This document shows positions 23,477-32,711 of a stretch of DNA of 46,031 nt, piece by piece. The notes below the pieces were generated by a model. It was not told the DNA's origin. It searched no databases and saw nothing but the letters and a program-made list of their open reading frames with translations. The position numbers and the translations under genes are program-made. The stretch comes from a virus. Lineage: Duplodnaviria > Caudoviricetes. The stretch lies in the IMG/VR virus record IMGVR_UViG_3300025875_000048, positions 1 through 46,031 of that record; one strand, given 5' to 3'. Numbering within the stretch: the stretch's first letter is position 1; every line of letters starts with the position of its first letter.

Positions 23477-26400
23477 CTACTGCGTCCGCCGTTGACGGTA
23501 GCTTTCAAAAGCCAGTACTCCCGCCATATCTGGTCCCTTCTGCCGCAACTCTACCGGTTGTAGCTTCAGATCAATTGTGATGGGCGCCTGCCGGGTGTTG
23601 GGGTTGGGTGCCGCCGTGCCACCTGCACTTGCGGAGCTTGGCAGTGAGGGGGCCCGCCCGCTCCCGCCGATACCCTTGGCTATCCCCTTTACAGCTGTTC
23701 CCAAGGCAACAAGGGCGATACCGCCGGCGATGGCAACTACCGGGTTCAAGGTTTCTAAGGCAGCCTTGATGCCAGCGACCGCGAGACCAGTAGCAATTGC
23801 CAACTGCCCTACCTGAATAGCCAGCCCGCCTAAAGCACCCAACACAATAGCACCCAAGTCGTTGAGCCCGCCGGCTCCCGCCAGGATATTGCCAATGCCT
23901 TCACCGAACCCCGCCGCTATATCCGCTAGCCCATTTACCAAGATATTGTTTAAGCCCTCCGTAAAGGATTCGGCCGCAAGCTGCGCCTCATAAAGCCGTT
24001 GCATTTCGGCTATTGACATATCCACTGACGAAGACAGTCCGGTTGTATCGAACGCCGGAAGGGGCGGCAACTCGGGTAACGTCAGGTTGCTGATGGTGTT
24101 GGCAATCCGCAGGGCCGTACCTTCAAACACCGCCACGCTGTTATCGTAATCAGCCGTATTGAGGGGCGGCACTTTTAACTCTGTCTCGAAAGCAAACTCC
24201 GGCACCTCCACCTTGGGCAATGAGACACCAGCCGGCAACCTTAGCTCAATCGTACCCAGATCATCATAGGCGTTTTTGAGCCGGTAGAGTTCGGATACAG
24301 TGTTACGCACCACCCCAGCCTGCGAGCCAAAAGCGGCGACCAGCGCAGGAATAGACTCCTCCAGTGCTTTGATCTTAGCCTGTACAAAGTCATAATCACT
24401 ACCAATGGCGGCAAGCCCCTTGTCCCGCCCTAATGCGTTACTAAGGCTACCAGCCTGCGACAACGACTCGCGGAGTTTTTGCAGGGCTTTGGACTGCGCC
24501 TCTGTTAGCCCGGCCGCAGCTTTACCTGCTTTCTCCAGTGAAGCCGCCAGATCACCACCAGCGAGCCCGCTTACCTCTTCTGCAACCTGTAAGAAGCCTT
24601 GTAAACCAGCATTAAGGGCAATAAACTCATTGGTAAGTACTGAGGCGCCCTCAATTCCAACGCTGGGTTTATCACCCAGGATATTGAGACTATTACGCAG
24701 GGCGGCGTAATCGTAGCCAAAGAGCTCAGCTACAAACCCCGCCACCCCGGCTACCGATTGTTTGGCTCCATCCCAGGCTTTCGCCCAATCCCCCGTCAAC
24801 AGCCCGTCAATCGTACGGACTACCCCGACCACCGTATCAAGCAGGCCGGTAACAACCACGGCTAACACATGAATGGTTTCGCCGATAAGCGCGCCAGTCT
24901 CCGCGAATGGGTTGCCTAATCCTCCGAGGCTGGAAAACACATCCTTGATAAGCCCGACGGATTCCGATACGCTGCGCCCTAGGTCCTGAAATATTTTTCC
25001 GTCAGGGCCTTCGAAATACTTGACGATTTTATCCCAATTCGCAATGATGGCTACGGTTGCCCCTGCCACAGCCACGACCACCAATGCCAGCGGGCCGGCG
25101 GCCAACCCCACGGCCGCGCCCACGGTGCCGAACCCCGTTACTAAGGCCGGAATAGCGGCGCCCAAACTACCAATACCCACCAGCAGCGGCCCCACCGCCG
25201 CAGCAGCGGCGGCCAGGCCAGTGGCGAAGCGCAGGGTTTCCGGCGACATGGCTTTGAGCTGATCCGCAACTGTGCCCACGGCGGAAGCGAGCCCTCTGGT
25301 TAAAGGAAGGAGCGAATTACCCAGCGTGATACCCAGATCATTTAGCCGGTTTTTCGCCAGCTGAATCTGGGAAGCGGTGGTTTCGTACCGCTGGCCAGCT
25401 TCTTTGGCTAACGCCGTGTTTTCTTTGAATGCTTCCGAGCCCAACTGCACTGACCGGCGGGCTAGGTCTCCCGCTCCGGACAGACGCAGTAGCGAGTCCG
25501 ACACGCGAATATCTGCCAGATCAAGACCCGCCAGCGTCTGAATGGTCGAGCCGCCTTGTTCTTTGATCTTGCCCAGGCCTTCAATGAAGGAAATCGTAGC
25601 GCCGGCGGCGTCGGTTTGAAATGCTTTCTTGAAGGCTGCGGCACTCACTCCCGCGACGCGGGCAAACCCTTCCAGGTCTTTCCCGCCGGTTTCAGCCGAG
25701 ACCTGAATTTTTTTCAGGACGGTGCTAAAGGCTGTGCCGCCGGCTTCCGCTTCAATACCAACAGAAGACAGAGCGGCAGCAAAGCCTAAGACCTGCGCTT
25801 CACTTAACCCGACTTGCTTACCCGCGCCCGCAATACGCAGGCCCATTTCGGTAATCTCTGCCTCGGTGGTGGCGAAGTTGTTGCCCAGGGCCACAATGGC
25901 ACTGCCTAGATTCTCAAACTGATCTTGGGGCAATCCCGTGATGTTCGCCAGACGAGCTAATGAAGTAGCGGCTTGGTCGGCAGCGAGGTTGGTGCTGTTG
26001 CCGAGGTCGATCATCACTTTCGTGAAGCCTAGCACGCTCTCGCGCTTAATCCCCAGCTGGCCGGCCGCTTCCGCCACGCCCGCTATTTCGGTAGTGGTGG
26101 CGGGAATCGTTTGAGCCAGCTCCCGGATGCCCGCTGAGAGTTTAGCGTATTCGGTGGTGGTTTCCGTGGCGCTTAATCCAGCGGTGTCCAGGGTTTTCTT
26201 GACCCCGGCAAACGCCGATTCGAACTCAATTGCTGACTTACCTGCCAGCACCCCAGCGGCTACAATCGGGGCCGTAACCCCCACGGTTAGGGTTTGGCCG
26301 AGGTTTTTTAAACTATCGCCGGCCTTGGCGAGCTTATCCAGGTCGAACGCAGCCTTCGTGCCCGCCTGCCCAAACTTGCCCGCGGCTTCCGCGGCCTGCG

Positions 26401-26725
26401 TAGCCAACGACACGAACTGCCCTGATGCACTGCGCATCTTGCCTGCCGAGTCAATAAACCGGCCGGCAGCTTTGTCCATGTTGCTGAGCCCGCCGTTGGC
26501 TGCCCGTTCGGCTGCAACGTTGAGACTGGCCAAACTGCCCCCGGCTGCGCCGGCTGCTTGGCCCATTGCGTTCAGGTTGCCCGCGAATGCCTGACTGGCT
26601 TTGCCCGCTTGCTTTTCAGTGACCGCAGCGAACTGCCGCAAACTCACTTCGGCCTTACCCAAATCTGCGGTTAAGCCCGAAGTATCAGCGCCAATAACGG
26701 CCAGAAGAGAGGCAACTGGTTCCAT
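23477..26725 (-). CDS. Tail tape measure protein (TP901-like core)
   Basis: EFESAFAGVKKT, IAGVAEAAGQLGI, LGNNFATTEAEI; 1082 aa, Ala/Gly-rich. Confidence 0.95.
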   Translation of the reverse strand: MEPVASLLAVIGADTSGLTADLGKAEVSLRQFAAVTEKQAGKASQAFAGNLNAMGQAAGAAGGSLASLNVAAERAANGGLSNMDKAAGRFIDSAGKMRSASGQFVSLATQAAEAAGKFGQAGTKAAFDLDKLAKAGDSLKNLGQTLTVGVTAPIVAAGVLAGKSAIEFESAFAGVKKTLDTAGLSATETTTEYAKLSAGIRELAQTIPATTTEIAGVAEAAGQLGIKRESVLGFTKVMIDLGNSTNLAADQAATSLARLANITGLPQDQFENLGSAIVALGNNFATTEAEITEMGLRIAGAGKQVGLSEAQVLGFAAALSSVGIEAEAGGTAFSTVLKKIQVSAETGGKDLEGFARVAGVSAAAFKKAFQTDAAGATISFIEGLGKIKEQGGSTIQTLAGLDLADIRVSDSLLRLSGAGDLARRSVQLGSEAFKENTALAKEAGQRYETTASQIQLAKNRLNDLGITLGNSLLPLTRGLASAVGTVADQLKAMSPETLRFATGLAAAAAAVGPLLVGIGSLGAAIPALVTGFGTVGAAVGLAAGPLALVVVAVAGATVAIIANWDKIVKYFEGPDGKIFQDLGRSVSESVGLIKDVFSSLGGLGNPFAETGALIGETIHVLAVVVTGLLDTVVGVVRTIDGLLTGDWAKAWDGAKQSVAGVAGFVAELFGYDYAALRNSLNILGDKPSVGIEGASVLTNEFIALNAGLQGFLQVAEEVSGLAGGDLAASLEKAGKAAAGLTEAQSKALQKLRESLSQAGSLSNALGRDKGLAAIGSDYDFVQAKIKALEESIPALVAAFGSQAGVVRNTVSELYRLKNAYDDLGTIELRLPAGVSLPKVEVPEFAFETELKVPPLNTADYDNSVAVFEGTALRIANTISNLTLPELPPLPAFDTTGLSSSVDMSIAEMQRLYEAQLAAESFTEGLNNILVNGLADIAAGFGEGIGNILAGAGGLNDLGAIVLGALGGLAIQVGQLAIATGLAVAGIKAALETLNPVVAIAGGIALVALGTAVKGIAKGIGGSGRAPSLPSSASAGGTAAPNPNTRQAPITIDLKLQPVELRQKGPDMAGVLAFESYRQRRTQ

Positions 26726-26728
26726 AAG

Positions 26729-27031
26729 CTAGTTCTGCTGTAAGGCGCGTTGGCGCATTTTCTCCATCCATTCCGGATCGGGAGTGGTTGTCTTGGCACC
26801 GTTCGGTGGTCGGTCGGTCGGCAGGGCCAGTACTTGGGCGGGCCGCTGGCCGGTCCAGGCCGCTACCAGCAGCCGAGTATGCTCCCATTGCTGCCAGTTG
26901 GCCCGGTCGGCTGCCCGACACCTGGCATCGAGAGCCAGCCAGGACATGCGCCACAACTCGGCTTCGGTTACCCCCACATCCGAGAGCCAGTAGTCGAGCT
27001 GATCGGCCCAGGTTAGCTTTTTAGGCTCCTC
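26729..27031 (-). CDS. Tail assembly chaperone, C-terminal (T) part reached by -1 frameshift
   Basis: The -1 frame after the slippery site is open (EEPKKLTWADQLDYWLSDVGVTEAELW...) and runs into ORF 26729..26977. Confidence 0.8.
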   Translation of the reverse strand, partial: EEPKKLTWADQLDYWLSDVGVTEAELWRMSWLALDARCRAADRANWQQWEHTRLLVAAWTGQRPAQVLALPTDRPPNGAKTTTPDPEWMEKMRQRALQQN

Positions 27032-27495
27032 TTTTTTTTAGCAGGCGCGGATACCGGCCGCACACTCGCCACGGCTACCCGGTCGGCTTGCAGTTGCGCG
27101 TAATGGGTCAGAGCCGGCAGGAAGGCAGTCGGCTCGGCTTGCTGATACATCCCTACTTCCGCCGCCGTGAGTTCAAACGGCACCCGGTCAAGCTCCGCCC
27201 CGAATTGCAGGCAACTCGTGTAGAAATTTTGCACGAATACGGGATTATTAAAAAGACTGCGACGGGTTAGCTGTAACGCTTCTGCCACTTGTTCAGGCGT
27301 GGCTTCCGGATTGGTACTGATCTGCGAGTACAGGGATACCGTGTACAGCGCGGGTAGTACCTTTTCTTCGTGCTCCCAGAACTCCCAGCCCATCAACTGA
27401 CAGAGAATAGCGGATTGGTTGGGGCCGAACGCATAAGGAAGCTGACGACCATCCGAGAGGGTAACGTAGCCGGTGTGCTTGAACTGGTTGAGCAT
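27013..27495 (-). CDS. Tail assembly chaperone (gpG-like)
   Basis: Between major tail and tape measure genes; ends with GCT AAA AAA AAG slippery run. Confidence 0.8.
   Translation of the reverse strand: MLNQFKHTGYVTLSDGRQLPYAFGPNQSAILCQLMGWEFWEHEEKVLPALYTVSLYSQISTNPEATPEQVAEALQLTRRSLFNNPVFVQNFYTSCLQFGAELDRVPFELTAAEVGMYQQAEPTAFLPALTHYAQLQADRVAVASVRPVSAPAKKKRSLKS
27031..27039 (-). other. Programmed -1 ribosomal frameshift site A AAA AAG
   Basis: AAAAAAAAG six codons before the gpG-like stop, with an open -1 frame. Confidence 0.85.
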
Positions 27496-27505
27496 AGCAA
27501 AGCCA

Positions 27506-27533
27506 AAAACCCCTACCGTTGCCAGCAGGGGTT
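27506..27533 (-). terminator. Terminator/attenuator after the major tail gene
   Basis: AACCCCT/AGGGGTT stem followed by a T-run on the minus strand. Confidence 0.65.
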
Positions 27534-27540
27534 GTGAGAA

Positions 27541-28011
27541 TTAAGCCGTAGGCAGGGTTTCAACAATGGTTAGATTGCCATCGCCAGTGAAGGTGAAGTC
27601 GCCAGTAGCTTCATCAGCCAACGGGGCATTCAGTGTAGAATCCGTAATTACAACGGTGCCAGAGTACGTAGCAGAGTAACCGGTATCATCATCGTCAAAC
27701 GAAAAGACAAACGGCAGCTTAGCGCCTTGGATTTGCAGAATTTGCAATTGTGGTATCGTCACCATCGTAGCGGCTTGCGCGGCGTCCTCTGGGAAGCGGA
27801 ACAAGGCACCGGGGGTTACCGACCAACTGGCCCCTGTAACGGTAGTGGTGGTGAATACCAGTCCGGCGGGGCCGGTGGATTGCGCATCCTCTCGGCACCC
27901 TACGGTCGCACTTGAGGTCGTACTAATTGACAGGCTGACGTCTTGGCTACACCCAAACGGCTTGCCATTGGCCATGAGAACAAAATTTTTACCAGCTACA
28001 TTCTTTGCCAT
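27541..28011 (-). CDS. Major tail (tube) protein
   Basis: G..F.L...G....C...SLSIS N-terminus and YSGTVVIT...A....ATGDFTFTGDG C-terminus typical of siphoviral tube proteins. Confidence 0.85.
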   Translation of the reverse strand: MAKNVAGKNFVLMANGKPFGCSQDVSLSISTTSSATVGCREDAQSTGPAGLVFTTTTVTGASWSVTPGALFRFPEDAAQAATMVTIPQLQILQIQGAKLPFVFSFDDDDTGYSATYSGTVVITDSTLNAPLADEATGDFTFTGDGNLTIVETLPTA

Positions 28012-28049
28012 GACAAAGGGATCAAAAGAGTGAAGAGAGAGATGAATAA

Positions 28050-28583
28050 TCAGACAAGCAGCCGCAGTTCAGCTTCCTGGCTAAGGCGGTAGGCGGTATC
28101 GGTGGTAATTCGCGCGGTTCGCAGCGAGTAATAATTCCCCACCTGTCGCACTACAAAGGCAAACCGGGTGGTGTTGTGCAGCCAGTAGGCGTCGCCTTGC
28201 AGCTCGCCAAAACCAGTTGTGAGTTCCACCGTGACCGACTCCACGGCAAACCCCATTCCGAGGTCTTGCCCAGCGAGCGTGCGGAGTTGGGTTTGCACCT
28301 GTTCGCTCAGGTAGTCGCCGGGGTCGGTGCTGGCCTGGCTTTCGGTCGGGAAGCGAGTCAGTGCATCCGTTAAAAGGGTGCAGCGCCACGCCGGTCCCAG
28401 ATCAGCCCGGCAGATACCCGCCGGTTGTTCGCTGGCCGTGTATTGGCTCAAAAACACGTAAGAACCCCCTGTGTAGTCCGCTGGCACATGCTCGTACGCT
28501 GGTACCGCCCGGCCCTCTTCATTAAAGAGAAACCCAGTCAGGGCTTGGTACACACGTAGGGCTAACGGCCGTTTGGGGTTCAT
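28050..28583 (-). CDS. Tail terminator/completion protein
   Basis: Position between the gp10-like gene and the major tail gene; size and VYQAL..VPAYEHVP..YVFL pattern. Confidence 0.7.
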   Translation of the reverse strand: MNPKRPLALRVYQALTGFLFNEEGRAVPAYEHVPADYTGGSYVFLSQYTASEQPAGICRADLGPAWRCTLLTDALTRFPTESQASTDPGDYLSEQVQTQLRTLAGQDLGMGFAVESVTVELTTGFGELQGDAYWLHNTTRFAFVVRQVGNYYSLRTARITTDTAYRLSQEAELRLLV

Positions 28584-28937
28584 TTAGAGCTTGCCGCTAA
28601 ACACGGCTTTCAGGCGTTCGATAAAGCGTTGACGTTCGGCTTCCGCAGCAGGAAACAGGAAAGGCCGGGCGGGCCGACCCCGACTGCCGAATTCGTTGTA
28701 GATGGCGTAATCCACATACACCCCGACCTGCGCCCGCGTACCGGGCATACCCAGCGTGGCAGCAATGCTGGCCCGCTGGCGACCCGTATCCACCTGGGAT
28801 AGCTCCTTGGCTCCGCTTTCGATAAAGAGGGCCGTGGCATCTACCGCCTTTTGGGCCAAATCCGGAACCTGTCGTTGCAAAGCTTTAAGCCCAGCGGTGT
28901 TCAGGTTTACCCGCGCCGTAAGTCGATTGCCTGCCAT
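28584..28937 (-). CDS. HK97 gp10-like neck/tail component
   Basis: VDTGRQRASI, YAIYNEFGS, ARPFLFPA motifs. Confidence 0.9.
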   Translation of the reverse strand: MAGNRLTARVNLNTAGLKALQRQVPDLAQKAVDATALFIESGAKELSQVDTGRQRASIAATLGMPGTRAQVGVYVDYAIYNEFGSRGRPARPFLFPAAEAERQRFIERLKAVFSGKL

Positions 28938-29296
28938 TAGATGCCGACTTGATTGGTTACCAGGATGGTGAGGTACTCCCGGCGTTCGTCTGGCTCTACC
29001 GACTGCACCGCCCCCTCTTCAGCTTTCCATCGTACTCGGCCCCGGTGGGCACTAGTGAAAGGATCGGCTTCCAACGGATGGGTGGCGCGGGTGGTAAGCT
29101 CCCAGGCTTGCACGTTTAGCGCGAGTCCGTAGCGTACTTTTTCCGCGGCCCGCAGCACCCGCACCCGAGCAGCCCTGATGTAGGAAAGGCCGGGGATTGG
29201 GCCAACTTTCTGCCCACCCCGCCCGTCCGGAATGGTTGGACCGGGCAAGGTCAAGGTGATGGTTTCGCTCAGGCTTCCCGCTGCCAGCCGTCCCAT
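28937..29296 (-). CDS. Head closure / head-tail adaptor (SPP1 gp16-like)
   Basis: AGSL.E.ITL..P....DG.GG motif and position. Confidence 0.8.
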   Translation of the reverse strand: MGRLAAGSLSETITLTLPGPTIPDGRGGQKVGPIPGLSYIRAARVRVLRAAEKVRYGLALNVQAWELTTRATHPLEADPFTSAHRGRVRWKAEEGAVQSVEPDERREYLTILVTNQVGI

Positions 29297-29883
29297 TAGA
29301 ACAACACGGGTTTACGCACCAGCGGCGCGAGCTTCACCCGGTAGCTTACCGGCAGTTCCCGCGGGACAGTACCAGCAGAAGCCGACGTTTCGCGGTTGCG
29401 GTAGAATTCACCCCCGAGTTCAAGAATAGATTCCACCACCAAGGCATCCGGCGTCAGCGAACCCGGCAAGGCTACCACCACCGTGTAGGTTTGCCGGGCA
29501 GCCACGCACAGCGGCAATTCCCGGTTAATGGAGATGCCTTTGCGGTACTCTTCCCAGCTCCAGCTTTCCAGTGCAGTCAGGTCAGCGAAAAACCCGCTCA
29601 CACTTTCCACCGTGGCTCCTTCCGGCACGGCGTAGGATTCATCCAGCCGGAACGTGTAGGCTAATCGTTGACCCCCTACATAGTAGTCGCCGACGTGGTT
29701 TTCTACTAGTTCACGGGCGGCTTTGAGCTTGCGTTCGATCAGCCGGATTTCGGCCTTCGTGGCTTCGTCTGTCGCCGTGAGGTCCACGGGCAAGCGCCAC
29801 TCCGCTACCGCATCGGCCACCGTGACGGGTTCCGCCAGCGGGGTCGAGTTAGGTAAAGGAGCAAGGCGCTTGACGGTGGGCAT
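29296..29883 (-). CDS. Head-tail connector (gp6-like)
   Basis: EPVTV..A...R, AARELVE, FYRNRE motifs. Confidence 0.82.
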   Translation of the reverse strand: MPTVKRLAPLPNSTPLAEPVTVADAVAEWRLPVDLTATDEATKAEIRLIERKLKAARELVENHVGDYYVGGQRLAYTFRLDESYAVPEGATVESVSGFFADLTALESWSWEEYRKGISINRELPLCVAARQTYTVVVALPGSLTPDALVVESILELGGEFYRNRETSASAGTVPRELPVSYRVKLAPLVRKPVLF

Positions 29884-29886
29884 TGG

Positions 29887-30132
29887 TTATTTGGTTTCGA
29901 GGTCGGGGCCTACAGGCTTGGTCTGCCGGGTTTCGCCGGGCTTGGGCTTGCCGACGATGCTGGCCTGCGGTTTTTCCTTCGGCTTTACTTCGTCGCCAGC
30001 TTCGATTTCCTTCACCAACCCGGCTTTGAGTAGCTGGCTAGCGCGGGCTTCGCTGGTTTCAAACCGGTCGCCCCGGTGAACGAACCCCTCCTCACCAGAG
30101 AAGGGGTTCAGTGCTTCGAGTTTCTTGCTCAT
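29887..30132 (-). CDS. Small capsid-adjacent protein
   Basis: GD.FE.SEARA..L...GLV pattern common downstream of HK97-type capsid genes. Confidence 0.7.
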   Translation of the reverse strand: MSKKLEALNPFSGEEGFVHRGDRFETSEARASQLLKAGLVKEIEAGDEVKPKEKPQASIVGKPKPGETRQTKPVGPDLETK

Positions 30133-30135
30133 CGG

Positions 30136-31383
30136 TTAGGCGCGAAGAATCAGGGGCTTGGCCGTGTCGAACGACCCTTTTACAAACGCTTTCGGATAGC
30201 CTACTTTCAGCGCAATGCGCTTCTCGATGACAATCAGCAGCAAGTTGTGCTTGGCGTCGTCTTCGTTCTGGTCGTAGATGCGAATACTCAGACCGGTGCG
30301 GTCGAAGAGTTGAGCACCCATTGCGAAGTCACCTACCAAGAACTCACCTACCGGCATGGCGGTGTTTTCCACGATGCGCACCCCGGAAATCGAGGGGATG
30401 GTGGTGCCAAACAAAGCAGCGGGCACGAGGTAGTGACCGTCTTCGCCTTTCTCCAGGTCCATGTTCGCCACGTCGATCGGGCTCAGGATAATGAGCGTCG
30501 GCAGGAAGTGCTCTACCGCCAACTGAGCGACAGCGGCACGCAACACGTCGAATTCGTTCGGGAAGTCAGCTTTCACGCCGCCGCCGGTAAAGGCCGAGGC
30601 TTGCGTGTACACCCCTTCAAGGTGATTGCCGGTGCCGTCGCCGAACAGAATTTCATCGTCTTCGATGTATTCCACATCGGCTACGCCTTCCTGCTGAATC
30701 GTGGACATGAGCAGCGGAATGTCTTCTACTGTCTCTTCCGTGATTTTAAAGGTGTTGGCAATCTTCTTCGCATCCAGGCGCTTGGTGATAAAGCCAAGGT
30801 CCGACTGGGGTTTCAATCCGCCTTCACCCACCATGCCTGCGCCGCGGGTGCGGGAAGCAGTGTGCTGCAAGTAGGTAGCTGAGCCTGTGCCCATCTGGCC
30901 TACGTTCATGAAGGCGCGGATGTGGCCCCGACGGCGTGGGTCGGACACGATACCCGGAAGCATTGTTACGGAAGCAGGGCCACCGAGCGTGGTTACGCTG
31001 CCAGTCGTGATGGTTACGGCGGCTTTGGCGTCCAGTTCAATAGTAACCGACTTCTTAGAGCCTGGCTTCACGGCTTTTAGCTCGGTGGCTTTGTCGGTGA
31101 AGGCTTTCATGGCCGAAGCGGCGCCTTCGTCCGAATCCTGCCCGGCCATCTTGCTACGCTTGGCAGCGGTGGCCATTTCGTCAATGCGGTCCGAGATTTC
31201 CTTGATGGACTTCTCGGAAGCCAGTTTGAAGTCTTCAGCAGCCTTCTTGGCGTCTTCGGCCGTGCCTTTCACATCCGATACGGCAGCCTCAGCGGCGGCT
31301 TTGGCGGCGATTTCGGCGGCTTGCTTGACGTGGCCTTTCAGCTCCTCAGCAGCCTGTTCAATGGTTTTGGTTTCGGTTGACAT
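30136..31383 (-). CDS. HK97-fold major capsid protein with N-terminal delta domain
   Basis: VGEGGLKPQSD, KIA....ITEE..ED, ILFGDGTG, LVGDF, PKAFVKG. Confidence 0.96.
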   Translation of the reverse strand: MSTETKTIEQAAEELKGHVKQAAEIAAKAAAEAAVSDVKGTAEDAKKAAEDFKLASEKSIKEISDRIDEMATAAKRSKMAGQDSDEGAASAMKAFTDKATELKAVKPGSKKSVTIELDAKAAVTITTGSVTTLGGPASVTMLPGIVSDPRRRGHIRAFMNVGQMGTGSATYLQHTASRTRGAGMVGEGGLKPQSDLGFITKRLDAKKIANTFKITEETVEDIPLLMSTIQQEGVADVEYIEDDEILFGDGTGNHLEGVYTQASAFTGGGVKADFPNEFDVLRAAVAQLAVEHFLPTLIILSPIDVANMDLEKGEDGHYLVPAALFGTTIPSISGVRIVENTAMPVGEFLVGDFAMGAQLFDRTGLSIRIYDQNEDDAKHNLLLIVIEKRIALKVGYPKAFVKGSFDTAKPLILRA

Positions 31384-31389
31384 GCGTCC

Positions 31390-32109
31390 TTACGCGGTTA
31401 CGAGTGAGAGAAATTCAGTTAGTGCCTTCTCGCCGCTCGGCTCCTCTGGCGTCGAAGTGGCCTCAGCCGGCTTCGCGGTAGCGCTAGGGAGTGAAATCAG
31501 TCCTTTGTAGGCGGTATCTAGCGCGTCTAGCTCGTCGGCTAGCCGCTGTCCTAAATCATCGGAAATGTTGCCGTGGCGCAGCGCGTGGGTCAACTTTGCC
31601 TTGCGTTCCGTGACGCGGGCAAAGCCCAGTTCCATGCTTTTAATCCCCACTAAGGGGGTATCGGCGTTGGCGCCCCAGGTGACGCTGCTGACCTCCCAGA
31701 GTTTGAGTTCCGTGAGGCGGCGCACGTAGTTTTCCGGGTCGGTGTTGTCGCCTTCCCATTTGATGGTTTCAAACCCTACGGAATGCTCGTACAAGTCCAG
31801 CTCGTACAAAGCCAGGGCATCGTTGCCCTGTTGGGTGTCGGCAATAATGGAAGTACAGAGCAGCCCTTTGGTGTCTTCCACCAGCTCCGTGAACTTGCCG
31901 ATGATTTCGCGGCGGTTGTGCTGGAGCAGGTGTTTGATGCGGGGCGACTTGGAGCCCGGCCCGTTTTCCAGGATGGTTTTCGTGTAAGCGCCGGGCATGA
32001 TAATGTCTCCGTCGCTGTCCTCGTTGCCAAAGGCGCTGCCGTAAAATTGCACGGTGCGGCCAGTGGCATCTATATCCTTGACCTCGAATAAGGGGCGGCT
32101 CAGCTTCAT
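31390..32109 (-). CDS. HK97-family prohead protease
   Basis: YGSAFGNEDSDGD, LLQH, SVGF, LWEVSSVTWGAN; ATG 32109 follows the late promoter (track start 32184 overlaps it). Confidence 0.93.
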   Translation of the reverse strand: MKLSRPLFEVKDIDATGRTVQFYGSAFGNEDSDGDIIMPGAYTKTILENGPGSKSPRIKHLLQHNRREIIGKFTELVEDTKGLLCTSIIADTQQGNDALALYELDLYEHSVGFETIKWEGDNTDPENYVRRLTELKLWEVSSVTWGANADTPLVGIKSMELGFARVTERKAKLTHALRHGNISDDLGQRLADELDALDTAYKGLISLPSATAKPAEATSTPEEPSGEKALTEFLSLVTA

Positions 32110-32114
32110 GTTGA

Positions 32115-32181
32115 CAAACCTACCCGCCTGCACCCCCAAGGGCGGTAACGCCCGCCCCGGTTTGGTTGAGTGAACAGGCCG
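32115..32181 (-). promoter_or_regulatory. Late promoter (21-bp box plus -7 element)
   Basis: Identical box 32181-32161, 38 nt, TAGGTTTG (32122-32115). Confidence 0.8.
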
Positions 32182-32200
32182 CACCCCTCGGCTGGAAACG

Positions 32201-32231
32201 AAAACACCCCGACCGGATGGGCCAGGGTGTT
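32201..32231 (-). terminator. Terminator upstream of the protease late promoter
   Basis: AACACCC/GGGTGTT stem with T-tail on the minus strand. Confidence 0.6.
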
Positions 32232-32250
32232 GAAATGCTATGTGTGGCGG

Positions 32251-32415
32251 CTAGTTGGCTGACAACCCAATCAGGTTGAATTGCACCCACACGGTGCCGT
32301 CGGAACGCTCCAGCGCCAGTTCCGTACCGACCTCTAACTGCCCGATCAGCAAGCTCAGGGGCTTGTTACTGCGCAGGGTTAACAAGACCAACGGATAGCG
32401 GTAGCGGTTGGGCAT
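32251..32415 (-). CDS. Hypothetical protein (54 aa, not in ORF track)
   Basis: Manual translation MPNRYRYPLVLLTLRSNK...; starts 4 nt after the upstream stop. Confidence 0.45.
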   Translation of the reverse strand: MPNRYRYPLVLLTLRSNKPLSLLIGQLEVGTELALERSDGTVWVQFNLIGLSAN

Positions 32416-32419
32416 AGGG

Positions 32420-32698
32420 TTACACTTTATCCCAGCCGGCCTTAATCAAAGACAAGACACCGCTTTCGTGATTCTCAGGTAGGTTTTCCTCTATGGCGCC
32501 AAGCCCGACGTAAAGCGCCATATTGGTTATATCAAATGAAGTTTCACTAACCGTTAAGTAGTACTCACCCTCTTCTCCCAATGTGATGTGAGCCGCATCT
32601 CCAGTGCGCAAAGGGTACGGCATTAAAACCAGCTTCTGTAAAACTTGCGAGCCGACTCCTGCGCAATACAATTCAACAGAAAAGAGTGTCTTTATCAT
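32420..32698 (-). CDS. Hypothetical protein
   Basis: 92 aa ATG ORF, operon spacing. Confidence 0.65.
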   Translation of the reverse strand: MIKTLFSVELYCAGVGSQVLQKLVLMPYPLRTGDAAHITLGEEGEYYLTVSETSFDITNMALYVGLGAIEENLPENHESGVLSLIKAGWDKV

Positions 32699-32711
32699 GC
32701 GTCTAAGGTAG

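Noticed and set aside
9244-31510. Many plus-strand ORFs opposite structural genes (e.g. 15907..16920, 30076..30882)
   Set aside because: Antisense shadows of well-supported minus-strand genes in GC-rich DNA.
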